A stretch of 64,000 nucleotides of DNA from a virus, in the IMG/VR virus record IMGVR_UViG_3300022927_000008, positions 1 to 64,000 of that record. One strand, written 5' to 3'. The first letter of the stretch is position 1, and each line of letters begins with the position of its first letter. Made by a program: the position numbers and the translations under genes. Below are positions 11,398 to 20,832 of the stretch, one piece after another. The notes under the pieces are model-generated. The model did no database searches and was not told the DNA's origin. It saw only the letters and a list, made by a program, of their open reading frames with translations.

Positions 11398-11726
11398 TAT
11401 TTACTATTCATTAACCCCATTATTTGATCCATGTTAACTTCTCCTGCAGGTAAGTCCCCCCCAGGTACCCCTCCTTGGGGATTAAAAGGTTTGGGTACAT
11501 TTTGAGAAGTAAATTGAGTTCGCATATCTCCTAATATATTTTGGTATGCTGCTCTTTTTTCCTTTGAGCTCATTGAAGGACCATCAACAACCTTTTGGGG
11601 TTGAATATTTTCTACAACTGTTTGTTTAGGGGATTTGACTGCCTCAAGTAAAATATCTTTTAATTCTTCTTGTATTGCTTCCTTAACTGCTTGTTTTATT
11701 AATGATTTTAACGCGTTTTGTTTCAT
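11397..11726 (-). CDS. hypothetical late protein
   Basis: ATATTTAT 5 nt upstream; N-terminus MKQNALKSLIKQAVKEAIQEE. Confidence 0.6.
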   Translation of the reverse strand: MKQNALKSLIKQAVKEAIQEELKDILLEAVKSPKQTVVENIQPQKVVDGPSMSSKEKRAAYQNILGDMRTQFTSQNVPKPFNPQGGVPGGDLPAGEVNMDQIMGLMNSK

Positions 11727-11743
11727 TATTTATAAATATTTAA

Positions 11744-12622
11744 TTAATCTGCCCTTAAATTATCTCTATCTATTACAAATTTTAATTCTTCTATTAATAC
11801 TGAAGGTTCTTGAGTGAAGGATAATTCTGAGCTTAAAAGAGCAATTCCACTTTTGTTTAAAGCATTAGCTCTTTTTCTGTTTATTCTTGAATTAAAGGGG
11901 ATTTCCTCAATTTCAAATGTAAATCCTCTATAAGTAGTTTCTAATAAGCTAGATTCATTTGCTTGTATAACCTCTTCTACAAATTCTACAACTTTAGGGT
12001 CTAAAGGTTCAATTTTATTTTTTAAAGAAGGCTCATCACTCCCCTCAATACACTCTAATAAAGAGAAGTCTAATTTTTCTAATTGACATATAAAATCTTT
12101 TAAAGCATTAGCAAATAATTGTATGGCTATATTGGCAGATATTAAACCATCTTGTATAGGAATTAATTTTGGGGCACCATTTCCCTTAAATTTACCTTTT
12201 TCCACTGCATTTTGGCCTGCTGATATCCCTGAGGATACTACACCTGGTATGGGGAGGGGAACAAACATACTACCGATAGCAACACTTGTTGCCACTGTAG
12301 ATGTTGCTTTAATAACTGCTAATACTACATTAACTAGAGTACTTGCCCCCGATATAGAACTCCCTATTCTATCCACAGTTGCATATACCCTTGATAATAA
12401 GGTTACAATATTGTTTCTAGTGTTTATAATTTTTTCTAATTGTTGGGGAGGAGGACATACTTCTAAATCACTTGTAAGGTTAGTAATTTTACTAGTATAC
12501 TTGTTTTTAATTTCTGCTATTTTTTGCATAATAAGAGTTACCAATCTCTGTATACTAGGGAGAGGAGGCAGCAAGGACAATATCTGCTGATTATCATTTG
12601 TAGGAGTACAAATACTAGCCAT
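11744..12622 (-). CDS. hypothetical helical protein, baseplate region
   Basis: 292 aa ORF coupled to the gp5-like gene; central hydrophobic segment. Confidence 0.5.
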   Translation of the reverse strand: MASICTPTNDNQQILSLLPPLPSIQRLVTLIMQKIAEIKNKYTSKITNLTSDLEVCPPPQQLEKIINTRNNIVTLLSRVYATVDRIGSSISGASTLVNVVLAVIKATSTVATSVAIGSMFVPLPIPGVVSSGISAGQNAVEKGKFKGNGAPKLIPIQDGLISANIAIQLFANALKDFICQLEKLDFSLLECIEGSDEPSLKNKIEPLDPKVVEFVEEVIQANESSLLETTYRGFTFEIEEIPFNSRINRKRANALNKSGIALLSSELSFTQEPSVLIEELKFVIDRDNLRAD

Positions 12623-13845
12623 TATGTTGTAAAATTATTTTTAGATTTAGCTCTGCTCTGCAAACTCGCTTTTACAGAATTCAAAGTAGGTACTACATTA
12701 GCTGAAGCTAAGGGGGTTGATGCTAGTTTAGCATTAGGGGGTTCTCCTCCATAAGCTGTAAAAAATTGAACTAAAGCATCTATCATAGATACTAACTGAG
12801 TTATAGTAATATCCCCCTTTAAAAGGGGCTCAGTAGCATCTTTATTTCCTAAATAAATTTTATTAGTAGCTATTATAAATTCTTTAGAATCAATATTAAT
12901 AGAAGAAGGAGAATTTAAACTAATAGAGTTATTAGAAGATAATAATATACTATCTGTTTTAGAATTTAAAACAATTCTCCCTGAATTGAAAAGGATTTGG
13001 TTTGCTGTATATTCGCTAACTTTAGTAGGAGCCTGTCTGTAACTATTATAAGTTTCACTTGAAGTTTCTAAAGGAATTTTTTGTCCTTGCGTAAAATAAG
13101 CTGAGGATTGATCTTTGTTAACATCTTCAGATATTGGAATCCAACTATCTTGAGTTAAATCTTGAGGTTGACCATTTCTAATTATAATAATAGGATCTCC
13201 ATTTTCACCTACTGATGACCATTTATTTGAGGAGTTTTTTAATGTACTTCCTAATCTAATAGAATTACCCCACCTTCCTTCTAGAATATGATCCCCGATA
13301 TAAAACTGTAAAGGGTAAGTATTAATTTTTTCATTAAATCCTTCTCCTAAGTCAATTTCCGTAGAATTATCATTAACCCTTCTTATATCTTGTGGTATAC
13401 CTTCCGAAGATTTTTCATAATCTTGTTGGGAATTACTATTAGGAGATTGAGTAGGGTCTGGGAGAGCATTATGATGTTGACTATTCCATAAATTTATAGG
13501 GGGAAAATAATAGGCTTCGGTTAAATTAGTATCCTCTTGACTATTGGGGGATGCTAAAAATACTATGGACACTAATTCATTAATTAATGGGAAAAATTTT
13601 TGATTAGGAAAAAGAGGAGAAGCTACATTTACCACCTCAGTAGCAAATGGAAATTTAACACTATCAAAAAAAATAGTACCTACACCATTCCACTCCCCAT
13701 AAGTTTTAAACTCAGGATGGTTACTATCTAGTATAATATCCTTCACCCTCACAGAAACTATATTAGTCCCTGTTTTAGGAGGAGTTAATGAGGAATTTTC
13801 GTTACCCCTAACAAGTGCTGATATGCCATATTGTTGTTGGGGCAT
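12622..13845 (-). CDS. baseplate hub/spike protein (gp5/gpV-like)
   Basis: N-terminal OB-fold-like PLINELV; GDHILEGRWGNSIRLG; beta-helix-like NSGRIVLNSK..ISLNS; IYLG..ATEPLLKGD. Confidence 0.65.
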   Translation of the reverse strand: MPQQQYGISALVRGNENSSLTPPKTGTNIVSVRVKDIILDSNHPEFKTYGEWNGVGTIFFDSVKFPFATEVVNVASPLFPNQKFFPLINELVSIVFLASPNSQEDTNLTEAYYFPPINLWNSQHHNALPDPTQSPNSNSQQDYEKSSEGIPQDIRRVNDNSTEIDLGEGFNEKINTYPLQFYIGDHILEGRWGNSIRLGSTLKNSSNKWSSVGENGDPIIIIRNGQPQDLTQDSWIPISEDVNKDQSSAYFTQGQKIPLETSSETYNSYRQAPTKVSEYTANQILFNSGRIVLNSKTDSILLSSNNSISLNSPSSINIDSKEFIIATNKIYLGNKDATEPLLKGDITITQLVSMIDALVQFFTAYGGEPPNAKLASTPLASANVVPTLNSVKASLQSRAKSKNNFTT

Positions 13846-14183
13846 TATTTTTTATCCTTGCCAAATTTCTTTATTTCACCTAATAACTGCTCTTTTTCAG
13901 CGTCTGTCATGCCAAAATTGTCATCATCAACATCATTTTGAACTGCTTTTTGGACAATATTTGCCATTTTTATAAGCTGCTCATCATTTTTAACAGATAT
14001 TTCGAGATATTCCTTAAGTAAAGGAACTACCAAGGTAGCATCCCCAATATCCTGAATAAGAGGTTTTAGCTCAGAAATAAGAGTAGAAATTTGTTCTTCT
14101 TTTTTCTTTTGATTATTGTAAATTTCTTCAAGAAGATCAGAAAATTTTTTACCTCCAAATATATCTTTATCTAATTGTCCCAT
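13845..14183 (-). CDS. hypothetical late protein
   Basis: helical ORF, doubled ATATTTAT upstream. Confidence 0.55.
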   Translation of the reverse strand: MGQLDKDIFGGKKFSDLLEEIYNNQKKKEEQISTLISELKPLIQDIGDATLVVPLLKEYLEISVKNDEQLIKMANIVQKAVQNDVDDDNFGMTDAEKEQLLGEIKKFGKDKK

Positions 14184-14200
14184 GACAATAAATATAAATA

Positions 14201-14917
14201 TTAATCAAAGTCTACATACCCATTTTCTAAATAGAAAATATAGTTGTCTTTAAATATATTACTTAGTTGGTCTGCAATACGAGTAATGTGAGGGGTTTTA
14301 ACCTCTACTATTTCCCTAACATAAAGGTAAATAGCTTTTTTATTAAAAATATTTAACCCTTCTCTTTTTCTAAAAACTTCTAATATAGCATCTGCTACTT
14401 TAGCGTCTTTTTCTTTAGGAAATAATTTATAAATATTTTTAGTACAATATTCAATATAGATATCTAAAAAATCAGAAAGATCATCTTTTTCTGTTGGGTT
14501 ATAATCTAAATCATATGAATATTTATCATTATGATAGAGTTCTTCAACAGGAGCTTTATCTACTCGTTTTTTATAGTTTTTAGTATTTTCTATAATTAAA
14601 TATCGCTTAGCAATAGTCCCAAAGTATGAGAATGCTTTAGCCCCACGTTCTGGGTTGAATAGATGAATTTTACTAAGGAGAAATGTAATTACTTCATGTT
14701 GTAAATGTTCTATCTCATTTACTTCTGTGTAGTAAAATTTAAAGGTATGAATTATATTCTCGGTTAGCTTAAAAAAAGCGTAGTGGATCTCATCTCGATA
14801 GATCCTACTACGCTCTTCCGGGTCAATTGTATTGTTATACTTTACTATAGCATCTTCGGTTGCTTGGGTAAAATATTGATTTTTTGTTTTCTTTTTTCTT
14901 TTTCTTACTTCACTCAT
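14201..14917 (-). CDS. late-transcription sigma factor (T4 gp55-like)
   Basis: NQYFT..FNPERGAKAFSYFGTIAKRYLI resembles the gp55 region-2 segment (F.YFT.I). Confidence 0.7.
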   Translation of the reverse strand: MSEVRKRKKKTKNQYFTQATEDAIVKYNNTIDPEERSRIYRDEIHYAFFKLTENIIHTFKFYYTEVNEIEHLQHEVITFLLSKIHLFNPERGAKAFSYFGTIAKRYLIIENTKNYKKRVDKAPVEELYHNDKYSYDLDYNPTEKDDLSDFLDIYIEYCTKNIYKLFPKEKDAKVADAILEVFRKREGLNIFNKKAIYLYVREIVEVKTPHITRIADQLSNIFKDNYIFYLENGYVDFD

Positions 14918-15195
14918 AATTTATCCATCCTAAATTGGGATAGAATTCTCTGAAGTTCTTTAATTTGTTCATACATGAAGCCAATCTCGTCATCGCTTTT
15001 AAAGATGCCACGTTCATCTATTTTTTTGAGCTTTTCATCAGAGATTTCTATTATTCGACTTAATTGATCCAAGTAAGTTATATACCCTGCTAGTATATCT
15101 TCTTGTTTTTCATTTTTACGTAAGAGGTTAAAGGTTGTGAATCCTAAGATCACAACCAAAACCCCTAATATACTGATGACGATAGTTTCTATCAT
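14914..15195 (-). CDS. membrane-anchored coiled-coil protein
   Basis: N-terminal transmembrane helix. Confidence 0.55.
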   Translation of the reverse strand: MIETIVISILGVLVVILGFTTFNLLRKNEKQEDILAGYITYLDQLSRIIEISDEKLKKIDERGIFKSDDEIGFMYEQIKELQRILSQFRMDKL

Positions 15196-15962
15196 AATTT
15201 ATCAAAGATATTTTTTAAATTCTCATTTTTAAGCTGAGAAAGTGCTTTATCTTTTGTTGATTTTTTGACTTCTTTCTGTAATGTAAAATTACTTTCCTGG
15301 GTAGGCACGGGATTTTTAAACTTAGGTAACCACTCACGTTCAAATTCAATACGGGCAGCCATCAGATCTGCTTGGTGTAGAATAAATGGGAGAGAAGTAC
15401 GTGGCTTTTGTTCTGGTTGGAATGAGAATAGGTATTTTTTGTTGCCCTCATCATACAAACCATCATGTGTTTGAATAGCAACCATTTCATTAAAGCTATA
15501 TCGAATCCCATGGGATTGGAGTAAAAACAAACCACGATCTGGGACTGAAGCAAATGGGACGGCTTTATTAAACATATAATCTTCCCCTAATTTTTCTCGT
15601 CTCCACTTATCAGTCTGGGGGATGTATGATTCGTTCTCTTCATCTCCCATTTTCCCCAAATCATGATTAATAGCGGAAAATACAAGTTCTTCCTCGGTAA
15701 AAGTAGACATGTCTGCCCCTTCATCAGCCCATAATCCCTGTTGTTTAATAGCACAACGAACAACTCGATTTACGTGTTCAACATAACCACCTGGGAAGGC
15801 ATTGTGGTATTCTTTTTTATGAGCAGCAGGCATCATCATAATGCGGTCCTCATATTTCTCGTAAAACTCAAGAAGTTTTTCTCTGCGAGGTGATGAAATA
15901 TAAGTTTCAATATTCTCGCAGAATTCATCCCAATTGGATTGGATCTGTTCAGCTGTAAGCAT
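15192..15962 (-). CDS. HD-domain phosphohydrolase (YhaM-like)
   Basis: PAA..YHNAFPGGYVEH, HDLGK, THDG, LHQAD motifs. Confidence 0.85.
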   Translation of the reverse strand: MLTAEQIQSNWDEFCENIETYISSPRREKLLEFYEKYEDRIMMMPAAHKKEYHNAFPGGYVEHVNRVVRCAIKQQGLWADEGADMSTFTEEELVFSAINHDLGKMGDEENESYIPQTDKWRREKLGEDYMFNKAVPFASVPDRGLFLLQSHGIRYSFNEMVAIQTHDGLYDEGNKKYLFSFQPEQKPRTSLPFILHQADLMAARIEFEREWLPKFKNPVPTQESNFTLQKEVKKSTKDKALSQLKNENLKNIFDKL

Positions 15963-15964
15963 AA

Positions 15965-16165
15965 TTAAACTTTGTTATATTCGTTAGGGGTACGAGGTTC
16001 ACGATCTACTATGGACTTGATATCTTCAAGTAAATCATGGCATTCTTCTATAGACTTAAGCATCTCAGCTATATCTCCTTGCCCTCTATTAACCCAAAAT
16101 TTTAATTGTTTTAAGCGTGATTGTCCCGCTTCTAATTTATTTTGAATGTGATCTCTAAAATACAT
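15965..16165 (-). CDS. hypothetical protein
   Basis: 66 aa ORF in operon. Confidence 0.5.
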   Translation of the reverse strand: MYFRDHIQNKLEAGQSRLKQLKFWVNRGQGDIAEMLKSIEECHDLLEDIKSIVDREPRTPNEYNKV

Positions 16166-16190
16166 TTTTTTTTTGATTTAAAACTGGAAG

Positions 16191-16640
16191 TTACGATGAG
16201 GATTTTACGAAATCAAGTTGCTTTTTAAGGAAAGCACACTTTTCATATTCTTCTTCATTTTCATAAAACTTAATTGACATTTTGTATGCTTTAGTTAATT
16301 TTTTATAATCCTCTTCTCTTAATATCTTTTGATGATAATCATCCTCTACATCAATTTTTTCAACAAACCCATATGCCCTAGCATATAACATCCTTTCCCC
16401 AGCATATTCAATTTCTTGTATTGAAATGGAAGGATCGGCGGCACCAAAAAAATCAATTAATTGTTTGTTATAGAAAAGATAATTATTAATAATTTTCCAA
16501 AACATCCTAATAAAGTATTTAGGATGATTTTCATCTATTTTAGGAAGTGCACGAGGATTATAATAATTGTAACTCCTCTCATTCCAACCCCAACTGTTAG
16601 AAGATGAATCAAATGAACCAAATATCTTATCTATATCCAA
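16191..16640 (-). CDS. UvrB/UvrC (UVR)-motif protein
   Basis: C-terminal FYENEEEYEKCAFLKKQL; TTG start after ATATTTAT. Confidence 0.6.
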   Translation of the reverse strand: MDIDKIFGSFDSSSNSWGWNERSYNYYNPRALPKIDENHPKYFIRMFWKIINNYLFYNKQLIDFFGAADPSISIQEIEYAGERMLYARAYGFVEKIDVEDDYHQKILREEDYKKLTKAYKMSIKFYENEEEYEKCAFLKKQLDFVKSSS

Positions 16641-16668
16641 AATATTTTGTTTATAAATATGTTATAGT

Positions 16669-17118
16669 TTATTTACAATGATAATCTGCCGCTCTCGTGG
16701 CGATTTGTTTGTTAGGTTTAATATTAACTTTATAACCATGTGATGATGCCCATCCCCTAGCAGCTGAAACTAATCTGTTACTCATGTAATATTCATCCTC
16801 ATTGTAATCCATATCAATTTCAAATCTAAGGCCTGGGAATTCTTTAGATAATGGTTGTACTACTTGCATAGTACGTTCTGTTTCTAACCACAAACGGGAC
16901 CAATCATCTTTAATAGGAGGAAATACTTCTTTCCAATAAATGTAATGAACTCCTCTAAATGGGTAACGATAAGCTATTGCTGTAACGTATATAATTTCTG
17001 ATCCTACTCTTTGGGAATCACTTCCAATATGAATTTCAACGTGAGGTTCGTTTTTTACTATATTCCTTGTATGGATAATGGGACTAACTTTTTTCCCATT
17101 TACTGTTCTAAAATTCAT
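16669..17118 (-). CDS. RNase H-like YkuK (DUF458) family protein
   Basis: [30 protein letters not shown] motifs. Confidence 0.8.
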   Translation of the reverse strand: MNFRTVNGKKVSPIIHTRNIVKNEPHVEIHIGSDSQRVGSEIIYVTAIAYRYPFRGVHYIYWKEVFPPIKDDWSRLWLETERTMQVVQPLSKEFPGLRFEIDMDYNEDEYYMSNRLVSAARGWASSHGYKVNIKPNKQIATRAADYHCK

Positions 17119-17119
17119 G

Positions 17120-17204
17120 CGGTGAGAGAGGGATTCGAACCCCCGTTACGTTTCCGTAAACTTGTTTTCAAGACAAGCGCAATCGACCACTCTGCCATCT
17201 CACC
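17120..17204 (-). tRNA. tRNA-Ser(UGA)
   Basis: cloverleaf; anticodon arm CTTGT-CTTGAAA-ACAAG; long variable arm; GGTTCGAATCC; CCA not encoded. Confidence 0.95.
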
Positions 17205-17216
17205 GAATTGCTACCC

Positions 17217-17435
17217 TTAACGGGCAGCAATTTCGGATTTAATTTGCTCCAAATCTCGAGCGAGATCACTATAGAGACTCCCAAAGTCACGTTCAAGATC
17301 CCTATCTACTTCGTCAAATGAGTCATCGACATCATCAATCGCTTCTTCAAGATCGCGAACACGATTGTAGAGGTTAAACATAACAGCGAACGTAGCAGCA
17401 AAAGCAGCTGCAATAAAATAAGGAATAAATTCCAT
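17217..17435 (-). CDS. small membrane-anchored acidic coiled-coil protein
   Basis: N-terminal TM helix. Confidence 0.55.
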   Translation of the reverse strand: MEFIPYFIAAAFAATFAVMFNLYNRVRDLEEAIDDVDDSFDEVDRDLERDFGSLYSDLARDLEQIKSEIAAR

Positions 17436-17461
17436 AATAAAAAAATTAAAAGGTTAAAAAA

Positions 17462-17626
17462 TTAAAGGATATCCCATTCATAAGCCGCTTGTGTGTAAGC
17501 GGATCCCATACCAAGATGGGGATTGTCTTTAATAAAGGCCATTGCGGTAGACCTAACTTCGGACCTCAAACCGTAAATTTCGGCTTGCTCAAGAATCATT
17601 TCAACAGTCATGCTTCTTTCTATCAT
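17462..17626 (-). CDS. small hypothetical protein (54 aa, not in ORF track)
   Basis: MIERSMTVEMILEQAEIYGLRSEV..AYEWDIL; promoter-like TTTG..TGTATATTTA just upstream. Confidence 0.55.
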   Translation of the reverse strand: MIERSMTVEMILEQAEIYGLRSEVRSTAMAFIKDNPHLGMGSAYTQAAYEWDIL

Positions 17627-17664
17627 TTTCTAAATATACAAAAATTTTTTTAAATTCAAAATTT

Positions 17665-17699
17665 TGTGATCCGGGGGAGGCAATTCCTCCCCCTTCACA
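17665..17699. terminator. GC-rich hairpin downstream of DUF932 gene
   Basis: GGGGGAGG-CAATT-CCTCCCCC (17673-17693) extended by TGTGA/TCACA; no clear U-tract. Confidence 0.45.
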
Positions 17700-17712
17700 C
17701 AAACAACATGGC

Positions 17713-18546
17713 TTACGCTGCAAACTCCTTTGCAACGTCGTAAAGTTCTTGGTTAACCTTCAAGTCCTGCTTGAAGTTCTTGATTCGGCGAGCTTTGCGG
17801 AGCTTAACACCACTCACATACTCAAAGTCACCTTCAATAACCTTTTCTTGAACGACATTAAACACGTTCCAAAGGTCATCACCCGCATCCTCTTTACGGA
17901 CTGGGGCCAAGATCGCATCAAGATCAATCTTGTAAACATCTTCGATTTTTTGTCCTTCTTGGACTTTAAATCGAGTCGCAAGCGCCTTACGAGCAAGATC
18001 GTACTTTTGCTCATTAGTAAGTTTGGTTTGCTTGAACTTATTCATGCTCTCAACAGTCAAGGGCAACTGCTCAACCATTTCGGTCATGGTTTCACGGAGG
18101 GTTTCAAAATCATAACCCATGTGGCGAATTTTCATTCGACCAAACTCTTGGTCGGCAATAACCAAACCATTAGAGCAAACCAAGCGATACATACCTGCTT
18201 GGAAGGTAAACGAATTTTTACCATCGTGAGAATTCGTAAGGATGATTTGGGGATAAACCGTATCACCATCATTACCTTCAACAACAATATCTGTGTTGCG
18301 GAAAGTAATCATATGCTTTTGAGTACCCTTGGTATGGGACTTACGAGCATTAACTTGTTGGGCACTAACAACACCCCATCCAAGTTTTTCCATATCTTCA
18401 ATCACTCGGAAAGTGGGGATGTGAGTGTAATGTGCTGAAACCTCCTTGCTGGGTTTCTCGGTAAATGCTGTAGGGCAATTTTTGCGAATTTGCTCTTGGC
18501 TCAAGAACTCCATGTTCTCTTCGTAGGTGGTCATCAAATCTTCCAT
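17713..18546 (-). CDS. DUF932/DUF945 family protein
   Basis: YTHIPT..; IILTNSHDG.NSF.FQAGMYRLVCSNGL..IRH; D...DLWNVFNVVQE. Confidence 0.85.
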   Translation of the reverse strand: MEDLMTTYEENMEFLSQEQIRKNCPTAFTEKPSKEVSAHYTHIPTFRVIEDMEKLGWGVVSAQQVNARKSHTKGTQKHMITFRNTDIVVEGNDGDTVYPQIILTNSHDGKNSFTFQAGMYRLVCSNGLVIADQEFGRMKIRHMGYDFETLRETMTEMVEQLPLTVESMNKFKQTKLTNEQKYDLARKALATRFKVQEGQKIEDVYKIDLDAILAPVRKEDAGDDLWNVFNVVQEKVIEGDFEYVSGVKLRKARRIKNFKQDLKVNQELYDVAKEFAA

Positions 18547-18590
18547 GTTTAAAAAATTAATTTGTTTTTTCGCGTTTTTCTCGATGCCCG

Positions 18591-18655
18591 GAAGATACGA
18601 AAGGGATCCGGCGCCGCCAAATTTTATTGCAAAGGAAAGATGACTTTTATATGAC
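18591..18655 (-). promoter_or_regulatory. early promoter cassette (GTCAT boxes shifted by 11 bp)
   Basis: sense GTCAT-N6-GTCAT..TTTGG..TCGTATCTTC. Confidence 0.7.
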
Positions 18656-18660
18656 GTACG

Positions 18661-18668
18661 ATATTTAT
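18661..18668 (+). promoter_or_regulatory. putative late promoter ATATTTAT
   Basis: motif 4 nt before the ATG of the only convincing plus-strand gene; fixes motif orientation. Confidence 0.65.
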
Positions 18669-18672
18669 TGGT

Positions 18673-19341
18673 ATGAATTTAGAACAATTATTGTTAGAGG
18701 CATTACTAGAAGCTGAAGACTCTCAAAGTTATAAAGCTGCTCTTAAAAACACAGGAAAAGACATTAAGGATGGGGCAAAGGAACTTATAAATGTTGCTAA
18801 TGATGCAGGTGCCGCTGCTTTACAAAAATTAAAAGATAGTGAAGCACTTAAAAAAGCTAAAGAAGAATTATCCGATCCTAAAAATAGAAAAGCAGTCGCT
18901 ACTAAAGGAAAAAAAGCTATAGGAACAGTACTCAAAGTTCTAAATTCAACTATGGATACTGAAAAAAAGAGAGACTTCCTTAGAAAATATTTAGTTAGCA
19001 ATACTTTTATTGGGTTAGGTTTAGCCGCTGAGCTATGGGATATAGTTAGAAGAGAAGTTAGAAGGGCTACGGATGTTAGCAAAGATATACCTTTTGTTGG
19101 GAATGTAAATACTGGGGGAGGGATTAATTTACCTGATCCTGAATGGTTAAACATAGCGGGGGAAGCTGTTTGGTATTTAATAGCTATTAGAGTTATAATG
19201 GTACTCTACGCAGGTAAAGATGCATACTTTTCTAAGAAAGATGTTGAAGAAGGTGAAATTAATGAGAACCAAGATCTTATCACCCCTGAGATGGAAGCTG
19301 CGATTTTAAAAGGGTTAGATAAGTTGATTACGAAATCGTAA
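18673..19341 (+). CDS. late membrane-type protein with LxE-rich N-terminus (putative head-packaged)
   Basis: MNLEQLLLEALLEAE; two hydrophobic segments; internal VEEGEINE. Confidence 0.7.
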   Translation: MNLEQLLLEALLEAEDSQSYKAALKNTGKDIKDGAKELINVANDAGAAALQKLKDSEALKKAKEELSDPKNRKAVATKGKKAIGTVLKVLNSTMDTEKKRDFLRKYLVSNTFIGLGLAAELWDIVRREVRRATDVSKDIPFVGNVNTGGGINLPDPEWLNIAGEAVWYLIAIRVIMVLYAGKDAYFSKKDVEEGEINENQDLITPEMEAAILKGLDKLITKS

Positions 19342-19702
19342 GATCTACCCCATAAAAAGTTTCTATAGATCCACTTATAACCTTTACATTAGGAGCAGAA
19401 AATAAAACTAAATCTTTATTTATTGTAGATGTTGGGGTAAAAGTAAATGTAGCTGTGGAATTTGGGTTAACTATAAAACCTGCATTTGAAACTCCCCTTA
19501 CCACAGTACAATTAGATAAACTACCTAGTGAAGCAGAATTAAAAATATCTTTATGAACGTAAGTTTCACCATTAAAATATCTAGCCCCTTCCATAGCAAA
19601 ATAAGCTGTTGTAGTAGCATTATTTACTAAAGTAAAAGTAGCAGCAGATGAAAAATCACTAGAGTGAGTAGTATAGCTTCGTAGTTCTTCTCTTGTAGGC
19701 AT
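19328..19702 (-). CDS. small beta-rich late (structural) protein
   Basis: S/T-rich; ATATTTAT at 19707-19714. Confidence 0.6.
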   Translation of the reverse strand: MPTREELRSYTTHSSDFSSAATFTLVNNATTTAYFAMEGARYFNGETYVHKDIFNSASLGSLSNCTVVRGVSNAGFIVNPNSTATFTFTPTSTINKDLVLFSAPNVKVISGSIETFYGVDLTIS

Positions 19703-19713
19703 ACTAATAAATA

Positions 19714-20382
19714 TTAATTATCTACATCTATTACTCCCCCTCCTCTCCATTTTCCTCGTTTAATGGATACACCCCCCTCACCATACATTTTAGTTACAGA
19801 CCAATCACCAGGTAAAGTTTTTACTTGTTTTTGTATGTAAGCTAAGTAAAATCTACCACGTCGGTTATCCATTCCCTTTTCTTCACCTTCACCAGCTTTT
19901 GGTACTATATCAAGTTGCTTAACAGGAATAGGGGTTTTATCTGCTTGTTCAATAAAATCACGAACACATTGTACTACAGTAGCTAATACTCTATATTGTT
20001 CTTGGAAATTGGTTTCTTCTTCTTGTCCAAACTCTACATCAAATGATACATTATAAGAACTATCAAATGTTACTTCTTTTGGACCAGCATTTTTTTCTCC
20101 TCCAAGTGCCCTTCTTAGACCTCGACTGTAGTACTCATCACTAACTTTAACCCACCCCATAAAGTTTACTTTATATTTATAGCCCTTATCATTTTCAAAA
20201 TTATAAAAAAACGATAAATCGGCTGTCCACGGTTTATTATCATCACCAGGGTGTTTTTTACCAATGTTAGCTAAACGGCTAAGCTCGATAGTAACGGTAG
20301 GTTTAGAACTTAGAGGGAACGGTTTGGCAGTTCCCTCACCAACCTCACTTAGTATCTCCGTATATACCTCGTATAGCTTCAA
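19714..20382 (-). CDS. putative head-internal protein
   Basis: N-terminus MKLYEVYTEILSE resembles capsid-targeting peptides. Confidence 0.55.
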   Translation of the reverse strand: MKLYEVYTEILSEVGEGTAKPFPLSSKPTVTIELSRLANIGKKHPGDDNKPWTADLSFFYNFENDKGYKYKVNFMGWVKVSDEYYSRGLRRALGGEKNAGPKEVTFDSSYNVSFDVEFGQEEETNFQEQYRVLATVVQCVRDFIEQADKTPIPVKQLDIVPKAGEGEEKGMDNRRGRFYLAYIQKQVKTLPGDWSVTKMYGEGGVSIKRGKWRGGGVIDVDN

Positions 20383-20747
20383 TCTCTAGTAGTTCTAGTA
20401 TTGTTATTTTGCGGCTTTGGAGATCTTTCGCGGTATTGGCCTAACTGCTCGGGACGTGGGGTATTAGACAATGTAGGACCGTTATTTACGGGAGGAGCCG
20501 TCCAATTTTCAACAGGAACATAATAAACTGTTTGTGTGTTAGGGTACCAAATATTAGGAGTATAATTCCTATTAACGTGTTTTTTATACCCACGATACCA
20601 ATACCCTTCAGCAGGATTAGGACAATTTTCAAATGGGTAAAACTCGTCACACTGGCGGTTTTCTTCCCCTTCACAACATTCAATTTCCTTTTGGACAGAA
20701 CACCCCATAAGGAGGAGGGCTGGGATTATTAGGGTGAGTTTTTTCAT
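20379..20747 (-). CDS. lipoprotein
   Basis: MKKLTLIIPALLLMG-C lipobox. Confidence 0.7.
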   Translation of the reverse strand: MKKLTLIIPALLLMGCSVQKEIECCEGEENRQCDEFYPFENCPNPAEGYWYRGYKKHVNRNYTPNIWYPNTQTVYYVPVENWTAPPVNNGPTLSNTPRPEQLGQYRERSPKPQNNNTRTTRD

Positions 20748-20832
20748 TTTTAGAATCCGGTTTGACCCCCACTATGGACTAATGCTTCCATCATATGATC
20801 TCCTAGTGTTTTTAGGTAGTTACAAATTTGTT

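Noticed and set aside
17749-18438. 229-aa plus-strand ORF and the many other antisense ORFs (e.g. 12123-12590, 28542-28898, 34825-35241)
   Set aside because: Shadows of well-supported minus-strand genes; no motifs or promoters.
18729-19154. 141-aa minus-strand ORF
   Set aside because: Antisense to 18673-19341, which has the ATATTTAT motif and natural composition.
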